Below are positions 51,074 through 55,779 of a DNA stretch of 55,779 nucleotides, one piece after another. The stretch's first letter is position 1, and each line of letters starts with the position of its first letter. The translations under genes were made by a program, and so were the position numbers. Source of the DNA: Candidatus Harrisonbacteria bacterium (GTDB taxonomy: Bacteria; Patescibacteriota; Minisyncoccia; UBA6257; 1-14-0-10-44-23); assembly GCA_023255625.1 (NCBI GenBank), contig JAHFLF010000004.1:1-55779 (forward strand), written 5' to 3'. The notes under the pieces are model-generated. The model did no database searches. It was not told the DNA's origin and worked only from the letters and a program-made list of their open reading frames with translations.

Positions 51074-51114
51074 TATTCGTACTTTCGTGATTTGATTCGT
51101 TATTCGTAGCTCTC
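51074..51114. repeat. R element copy 1 (L18 to S5 spacer)
   Basis: tattcgtactttcgtgatttgattcgttattcgtagctctc. The adjacent cta at 51114-51116 is the rplR TAG stop. Confidence 0.85.
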
Positions 51115-51482
51115 TAAAACTGTAGCCCTCCCGCTCGAGCTCCTTCGGCGAGTGCCCGAACCTGTCCATGGTAAGCATATCGTCCGCGATCAAACACGAC
51201 TGTCTTTACTCCCTGCTTAATTGCGCGTTCGGCAACAATCTTGCCAAGCTCAACTGCGCGATCAACTCGCGCACCCGGAACTTTTGATTTGACGGCTTTA
51301 ATCTCGGAAAGTTTGGCCGAAGCAACCGTCTTGCCCAAAGAGTCATCAATGACCTGCGCGTACAAATTCTGATTGCTGCGATAAACAGAAAGACGCGGGC
51401 GACGCGCAAAACCCTTAAGATGCCCGCGAATGCTGTGGGCGCGCCGAGCTCGAGTCTGATTTTTTTTGATGCTTCTTTTCAT
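51114..51482 (-). CDS. rplR: 50S ribosomal protein L18
   Basis: RARRAHSIRGHLKGFARRPRLSVYRSNQNLYAQVIDD ... VVFDRGRYAYHGQVRALAEGARAGGLQF. Confidence 0.95.
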   Translation of the reverse strand: MKRSIKKNQTRARRAHSIRGHLKGFARRPRLSVYRSNQNLYAQVIDDSLGKTVASAKLSEIKAVKSKVPGARVDRAVELGKIVAERAIKQGVKTVVFDRGRYAYHGQVRALAEGARAGGLQF

Positions 51483-51517
51483 GTTTCTTGTTTATCTTTT
51501 TATTTTATAGCTTATGC

Positions 51518-51578
51518 GATATGCTGACCAGTTGTGCGAGGATAGAACCCCGTTCCTCGCGCGACTGGCCAGCATATC
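51518..51578. repeat. Family-1 hairpin F in the L6 to L18 spacer: 24-bp stem (3 mismatches) around the core cgagg-atagaaccccgtt-cctcg
   Basis: Arms gatatgctgaccagttgtgcgagg / cctcgcgcgactggccagcatatc. The 25-nt core gcgaggatagaaccccgttcctcgc is identical to the reverse complement of the D core. Confidence 0.8.
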
Positions 51579-51587
51579 AGCGTTCCG

Positions 51588-52130
51588 CTATGCTGCTCCC
51601 GCCACCTTCTTACCTTCCTTACGCCGGACCTGTTCGCCAAGATAACGGATACCCTTACCCTGATACGGCTCCGGTTTTTTAAATTGACGAATCTTCGCTG
51701 CGGTCTGTCCGACAACCTGCCGATCAATTCCGGAAATTGTAATAAAACTTTTTTCCAAAACGATTGTAATTCCGGCCGGCGGGACAAATTTGATCGGATG
51801 AGTAAAACCGAGCGCCAGAACGAGCGTCTTCCCCTCCATCGCCGCTTTGTAGCCAATACCCTGCACATCCAGCTTCTTTTCAAAACCGGTAGTAACGCCA
51901 GTAACAGCATTGCTCAAATGCGCAGCCATTGTACCCCAATTTGCCCGTGCTTGCACCTGCGTCGTGGCAACCGTCAAGGTCAGCACTCCACCCTCAAGAT
52001 GTACTTTGACATAAGGAAGAATCGGCACGACGAGTGAGCCGTTCTTACCTTTGATAGTAACCGCCGTTTCGTTAACGGTTGCGGTTACGCCCTCGGGCAA
52101 TGCAATTGGTTTTTTTCCGATCTTACTCAT
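51588..52130 (-). CDS. rplF: 50S ribosomal protein L6
   Basis: MSKIGKKPIALPEGVTATVNETAVTIKGKNG ... KKPEPYQGKGIRYLGE. Confidence 0.95.
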   Translation of the reverse strand: MSKIGKKPIALPEGVTATVNETAVTIKGKNGSLVVPILPYVKVHLEGGVLTLTVATTQVQARANWGTMAAHLSNAVTGVTTGFEKKLDVQGIGYKAAMEGKTLVLALGFTHPIKFVPPAGITIVLEKSFITISGIDRQVVGQTAAKIRQFKKPEPYQGKGIRYLGEQVRRKEGKKVAGAA

Positions 52131-52140
52131 ATACTTTTTT

Positions 52141-52179
52141 TATTCGTACTTTCGTAAAAATTCGTTATTCGTAGCTCTA
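52141..52179. repeat. R element copy 2 (S8 to L6 spacer)
   Basis: tattcgtactttcgtaaaaattcgttattcgtagctcta. Its terminal cta is the rpsH TAG stop. Confidence 0.85.
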
Positions 52180-52557
52180 CCAGATTTCAAATAGCAACTG
52201 TCCTCCAACCTTTTGCTTGCGCGCCTGGCTACCGGTCATAATCCCCTTTGGGGTAGAGATAACCGACATGCCAAAACCCTGCTTGACCGGGCGCAAATCT
52301 GCATAACCAGAATACAGACGACGGCTGGGCAGACTCAAAAACTTCATACCGCCAATCGCCCCTTTCTCGCTATCATATTTCAAATCAACTTCCAGGACGC
52401 GCTTGGGTGTGCGCCCTTTCTTAGCGACACCGGCGACAAAACCACGAGCAGACAGAAGTTCGGCAATTTCAAAATCCATATTCGAATAAGGGAGCTTCAC
52501 GCTCTGCTTCTTTGCCTTCTGGGCATTCTTCAATTTTGTAAGGAGATCGATATACAT
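52177..52557 (-). CDS. rpsH: 30S ribosomal protein S8
   Basis: MYIDLLTKLKNAQKAKKQSVKLPYSNMDFEIAELLSARGFV ... GGQLLFEIW. Confidence 0.95.
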   Translation of the reverse strand: MYIDLLTKLKNAQKAKKQSVKLPYSNMDFEIAELLSARGFVAGVAKKGRTPKRVLEVDLKYDSEKGAIGGMKFLSLPSRRLYSGYADLRPVKQGFGMSVISTPKGIMTGSQARKQKVGGQLLFEIW

Positions 52558-52666
52558 AGTGTAAAATTTTCAATTTCTAATTTTCAATTTTCAAACAATG
52601 TTTTTAAACATTGGGAAATTTTCAAATTAGTTCATTGTTTAGAAATTAGAAATTAATCATTAGAAA
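52558..52666. repeat. T element copy 3 (S14 to S8 spacer), central part divergent
   Basis: ..aaaattttcaatttctaattttcaattttcaaacaatg ... cattgtttagaaattagaaattaatcattagaaa. It spans from the rpsZ stop (52667) to the rpsH ATG (52557). Confidence 0.85.
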
Positions 52667-52852
52667 TTACCAAGAAGCTTTCTTAACTCCCGGAATCTGA
52701 CCGCGGCTGGCAAGCTCGCGAAAACAGATACGACAGATACCGAAGAGCCGCATGAAACCATGTTTACGCCCGCAACGAAAACAACGCCGCACAATCCGGC
52801 TGCTAAACTTGGGCGTCTTATTTGCTCTTGCAATAACTGATTTCTTAGCCAT
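52667..52852 (-). CDS. rpsZ: 30S ribosomal protein S14, type Z (zinc-binding)
   Basis: 61 aa with [23 protein letters not shown] (CxxC ... CxxC). Confidence 0.93.
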   Translation of the reverse strand: MAKKSVIARANKTPKFSSRIVRRCFRCGRKHGFMRLFGICRICFRELASRGQIPGVKKASW

Positions 52853-52862
52853 ACTTGTTTAC

Positions 52863-53390
52863 TTACTTGTTTGCACTTGTGCTACTTTTTACTTTTTTTA
52901 CCTCCTTCTCAAACGGTATGCCTAATCCCTTATAGAAGACAACGGCCGCCGCATTGTCCATGCGCTGTTTCGGAACTACGGTAACCTCTATTCCAAATGG
53001 CGCACGAACCTTCTCCAGCACAATCTCCGGATATACTGTGTGCTCTCTAATGCCAAAGGTCAAGTTGCCATCCCGATCAATTCCAGAAATTTTGATACCA
53101 TGAAAATCGCGGACACGCGGCAAAACTATCGATACGGTACGCGCCACAAACTGACGGGCCCGAGCTCCACGCAAAGTACTCTTCAAACCAATGACAACGC
53201 CTTCGCGCAGCTTGAAACCGGAAATAGAAATACGCGCAGGCCGCTGCTCGCCCTTCTGCCCGGTGATAGCCGCAAACTGCTCTTCAATTTCCGGAAGAAG
53301 TTTGCCAACAAAGTCGGGCGTGTTGGTAGCCAGCTTGCCAAAGCTGCTGTTCACGACCACCTTTTCAATTGTATTTTGAATCGTTTTCAT
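52863..53390 (-). CDS. rplE: 50S ribosomal protein L5
   Basis: KVVVNSSFG ... ITGQKGEQRPARISISGFKLREGVVIGLKSTLRG ... LPRVRDFHGI ... GNLTFGIREHTVYPEI. Confidence 0.95.
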   Translation of the reverse strand: MKTIQNTIEKVVVNSSFGKLATNTPDFVGKLLPEIEEQFAAITGQKGEQRPARISISGFKLREGVVIGLKSTLRGARARQFVARTVSIVLPRVRDFHGIKISGIDRDGNLTFGIREHTVYPEIVLEKVRAPFGIEVTVVPKQRMDNAAAVVFYKGLGIPFEKEVKKVKSSTSANK

Positions 53391-53414
53391 AATCTCTTTC
53401 TTATATTCGCGGAA

Positions 53415-53642
53415 CTATTTAACCATGACATTACTTCGATCAATCGGCCTGGCAATGCTAACCATCTGACCCTTCTCGCCCTGCTTAGTCGCCCGCTTGT
53501 GTCTCTTGACCATATTAATCCCCTCAACGAGCACTTTATTTTCTTTTGGAAAAACACGAATTACCTTACCGCTCTTGGTGCGGTCTTTTCCTTTCAGAAT
53601 AAGGACGGTGTCTCCTTTTTTAATGCTCATTTTCATATTCAT
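53415..53642 (-). CDS. rplX: 50S ribosomal protein L24
   Basis: KOW motif IKKGDTVLILKGKDRTKSGKVIRV. Three in-frame ATGs (53642, 53636, 53630) exist, and the true start may be 53630 (MSIKKGD). Confidence 0.9.
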   Translation of the reverse strand: MNMKMSIKKGDTVLILKGKDRTKSGKVIRVFPKENKVLVEGINMVKRHKRATKQGEKGQMVSIARPIDRSNVMVK

Positions 53643-53646
53643 ATTC

Positions 53647-53686
53647 TATTCGTACTTTCGTAATATATTCGTTATTCGTAGCTCTA
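53647..53686. repeat. R element copy 3 (L14 to L24 spacer)
   Basis: tattcgtactttcgtaatatattcgttattcgtagctcta. Its terminal cta is the rplN TAG stop. Confidence 0.85.
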
Positions 53687-54052
53687 CACTACCTCCTCCG
53701 CTAAAGTAAAAATCTGCTCAAACCCCTTCTCCTTGATCTCACGGGGAATTGGTCCGAAAACACGCGTGCCTTTCGGAACCTTCTTGTCGTCGACAATCAC
53801 AACTGCATTTTCATCAAAACGGATGACCGTGCCATCGGAACGGCGAAGCGGCGCAGCCGTCCGTACAACAATACACTTCACGATATCCTTCTTCTTAATG
53901 GCCTTGCGCGGTTCTGCCTGCTGCACCGAAGCATTAACCATGTCGCCCAGTTTTGCATAACGCTTGCGGCTGCCGCCGTAAACCGTAAATACACGAATAA
54001 GTTTCGCGCCGGTGTTATCTGCAACTTTTACAACTGAACGAATTTGAAGCAT
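53684..54052 (-). CDS. rplN: 50S ribosomal protein L14
   Basis: MLQIRSVVKVADNTGAKLIRVFTVYGGSRKRYAKLGDMV ... IRFDENAVVIVD. Confidence 0.96.
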   Translation of the reverse strand: MLQIRSVVKVADNTGAKLIRVFTVYGGSRKRYAKLGDMVNASVQQAEPRKAIKKKDIVKCIVVRTAAPLRRSDGTVIRFDENAVVIVDDKKVPKGTRVFGPIPREIKEKGFEQIFTLAEEVV

Positions 54053-54058
54053 ATCTTT

Positions 54059-54328
54059 TTAGTTTGCTAAATTATCAACTTCCGCAGAGACTGCTTTCTT
54101 AACTAAGCTCACAATCTTAAAATACTTATCTTTCGATAACGGACGCGTCTCCTCTATAACCACTTGATCGCCAGTCTTGTATTCGTTTTTCTCATTGTGT
54201 GCCTTAAAACGCCGAGTTACCGTATAGTATTTAAGATACTTCGGGTGCTTTTTTTGATAAGAAACCGCGACTACCGCAGTTTTCATCATTTTATCGGAGA
54301 CGACAGTTCCGTTCAATTGGCGCTTCAT
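54059..54328 (-). CDS. rpsQ: 30S ribosomal protein S17
   Basis: LNGTVVSDKMMKTAVVAVSYQKKHPKYLKYYTVTRRFKAHNEKNEYKTGDQVVIEETRPLSKDKYFKIV. Confidence 0.94.
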   Translation of the reverse strand: MKRQLNGTVVSDKMMKTAVVAVSYQKKHPKYLKYYTVTRRFKAHNEKNEYKTGDQVVIEETRPLSKDKYFKIVSLVKKAVSAEVDNLAN

Positions 54329-54379
54329 ATAAGTTTTCTATATTAACCTAGAATGAGGATTTTTTCAAGTTTTCTGATG

Positions 54380-54622
54380 TTATTTAACTTTTTTTGCTGC
54401 CCGTGATGGCAAAACAGAAAGCTCACCCTGGCTTTTCGAGTTGGCTGCGGTCAGGATGCGGGCCAAATCCCTGCGTAAAGTCAGACGGGCTTTGACATTC
54501 TTAATCTTGCCGCCGGCAACTTCGCGGCGCACCTGCCAAATTTTCTCACGCATTTCACCGGCCTCTTTCTGCAATTCAGCCGCCGATCGGTTATTCAATT
54601 TTGTGATATCCTGTTTTTTCAT
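54380..54622 (-). CDS. rpmC: 50S ribosomal protein L29
   Basis: MKKQDITKLNNRSAAELQKEAGEMREKIWQVRREVAGGKIKNVKARLTLRRDLARILT. The ATG at 54622 is preferred because the upstream ATG at 54661 lies inside repeat R4. Confidence 0.9.
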   Translation of the reverse strand: MKKQDITKLNNRSAAELQKEAGEMREKIWQVRREVAGGKIKNVKARLTLRRDLARILTAANSKSQGELSVLPSRAAKKVK

Positions 54623-54633
54623 ATTCTTATTTT

Positions 54634-54672
54634 TATTCGTACTTTCGTACAGATTCGGCATTCGTAGCTCTA
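54634..54672. repeat. R element copy 4 (L16 to L29 spacer)
   Basis: tattcgtactttcgtacagattcggcattcgtagctcta. Its terminal cta gives a second in-frame TAG immediately after the rplP stop. Confidence 0.85.
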
Positions 54673-55086
54673 CTAATCTTTCTTAATAAATCGCGTCCGT
54701 AGCGGCAACTTAAAACCAGCCAATCGAAGTGCGGCGCGGGCCTGTGTTTCAGTAACACCGTCCATTTCAAAAAGAATTCGGCCGGGACGAACCGGGAAAA
54801 CATAGTGATCAACAGAGCCCTTACCGCCACCCATTGTAACCTCCGGCGGCCGCTCCGTAATCGGCTTATCTGGAAAAATACGAATAAACACCTTGCCGGC
54901 GCGCTTAACCGAATTAGTAATCGTGCGCCGCGCGGCCTCAATCTGACGAGAATTAACCCAAGCCGAAGAAGTGGCCTTAAGCCCAAAAGTACCGTAAGCC
55001 AGCCGCGTACCGCGCACCTCAATCTGGCGTGTCTTGCGACGGCCTTTCATCCACTTACGATGTTTTACTTTTTTAGGAACTAACAT
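54673..55086 (-). CDS. rplP: 50S ribosomal protein L16
   Basis: [56 protein letters not shown]. Confidence 0.96.
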   Translation of the reverse strand: MLVPKKVKHRKWMKGRRKTRQIEVRGTRLAYGTFGLKATSSAWVNSRQIEAARRTITNSVKRAGKVFIRIFPDKPITERPPEVTMGGGKGSVDHYVFPVRPGRILFEMDGVTETQARAALRLAGFKLPLRTRFIKKD

Positions 55087-55187
55087 ATGGATAAATTAAT
55101 TTTCAATTTCTAATTTTCAATTTTCAAACAATGATTTAATTTAGGAATTTCTAAATTGGAAATTGTTTAGAAATCGAAAATTGGAAA
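55087..55187. repeat. T element copy 4 (S3 to L16 spacer)
   Basis: ..aattttcaatttctaattttcaattttcaaacaatgatttaatttaggaatttctaaattggaaattgtttagaaatcgaaaattggaaa. It spans from the rpsC stop (55188) to the rplP ATG (55086). Confidence 0.88.
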
Positions 55188-55779
55188 TTATTTTTTCTGT
55201 TTATCTTTCGAAAAAATTAGCCCTTTATATATCCAAACTTTGATGCCAACTGTTCCGTAAGTACAGTTCGCAGTCGCCGTGCCGTAGTCAATGTCAGCGC
55301 GCAGAGTTGTAAGCGGTAATGTCCCCTTGGCCAAAAATTCAGTTCGAGAAATTTCGTTCCCGTCCAAACGGCCACCCATTTTGACCTTAATTCCCTTAAC
55401 ATCCCGATTCTGAAGGGCATTCTCGATCGCCTTCTTCATGGTGCGACGAAATGGCATGCGTTTTTCGATTTCCCAGGCAATACTCTGGGCAACATACGCC
55501 GAAGCAATTTCAGTGCGCTTCAGCTCTTCGATAGTTACGGAAAGATGAATCTTCGGAGCTTTCGGACTCTTCACTTTCTGCAATTTAGAAAGTTCACCGG
55601 TGATTTGTTTGGTCAAATCTTCGATACCGGTACCGCCGCGGCCGATAATAAAACCGGGCCTGGCCGCCTTGATCGCAACTCGATAAGCATTGTTGGCGCT
55701 GCGCTCAATGATCACACTCACAACCCCGGCCAGCTTAATTTTCTCTTCAATAACTCGCCGAATCAAAACATCCTCCTGC
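55188..55779 (-). CDS. rpsC: 30S ribosomal protein S3, N-terminus beyond the window edge
   Basis: KH domain (IIERSANNAYRVAIKAARPGFIIGRGGTGIEDL) and the S3 C-terminal domain (GIKVKMGGRLDGNEISRTEF ... GTVGIKVWIYKG). The frame is open to the window end, so the M at 55766 in the ORF track is internal. Confidence 0.93.
   Translation of the reverse strand, partial: QEDVLIRRVIEEKIKLAGVVSVIIERSANNAYRVAIKAARPGFIIGRGGTGIEDLTKQITGELSKLQKVKSPKAPKIHLSVTIEELKRTEIASAYVAQSIAWEIEKRMPFRRTMKKAIENALQNRDVKGIKVKMGGRLDGNEISRTEFLAKGTLPLTTLRADIDYGTATANCTYGTVGIKVWIYKGLIFSKDKQKK

Noticed and set aside
50409-51095. 228-aa plus-strand ORF antisense to rpsE, and the 89-aa ORF 50788..51057.
   Set aside because: They are antisense shadows of the GC-rich low-complexity part of S5. 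Their Pro/Arg/Ala-rich translations have no motifs.
51512-51910. 132-aa minus-strand ORF overlapping rplF.
   Set aside because: It is out of frame with the well-supported L6 gene, and its 3' part runs through hairpin F.
45827-55187. T and R repeats considered as a CRISPR array.
   Set aside because: Copies are separated by whole genes (0.4-4 kb) rather than regular 25-50 nt spacers. Repeats are about 100 nt and about 40 nt long and AT-rich. There are no cas genes in the window.

Overview
This window looks like a Candidate Phyla Radiation (Patescibacteria/Parcubacteria-like) chromosome segment. That placement is an inference from several traits: a ribosomal-protein operon with no L30 gene, almost no Shine-Dalgarno sequences, many apparent leaderless genes, a phosphoketolase/acetate kinase pair, and very large surface proteins.

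Layout:
- 1-4.8 kb: small housekeeping and regulatory genes (Gmad2 protein, DUF45 hydrolase, PP2C, ArsR, TspO).
- 4.8-10.9 kb: an AT-rich accessory/defence-like island. It holds Fic, VF530, an ABC-ATPase fused to a DUF4435/Toprim-like domain, a Vsr remnant, a LexA-DNA methyltransferase fusion and a convergent orphan ORF.
- 11.6-27.7 kb: secreted lipase-like protein, xfp-ackA, a MacAB-like efflux operon interrupted by a GIY-YIG gene, an ECF sigma module, an ABC-F protein and a pseudouridine synthase.
- 27.8-45.4 kb: a surface-protein cluster (one 2330-aa protein, three paralogous C-terminally anchored proteins, one 792-aa protein) with RNase P RNA embedded in it.
- 45.4-55.8 kb: rnhA, an exonuclease, pgk, then secY and the spc/S10-type ribosomal operon (L15 up to S3, all on the minus strand).

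The most unusual signals:
1. A complete, apparently cleavable LexA fused in frame to a beta-class DNA methyltransferase.
2. Two families of long hairpins with a conserved core and unrelated, compensating outer stems. One family brackets a foreign gene.
3. Three small GC3-rich genes that carry Shine-Dalgarno sites and sit in an otherwise SD-less genome.
4. Two repeat families (about 100 nt AT-rich T elements and about 40 nt R elements) that fill whole stop-to-start spacers inside the ribosomal operon.

No rRNA, tRNA, CRISPR array, transposase or integrase was seen. All calls come from reading the sequence and from remembered family motifs. No searches or GC calculations were run.
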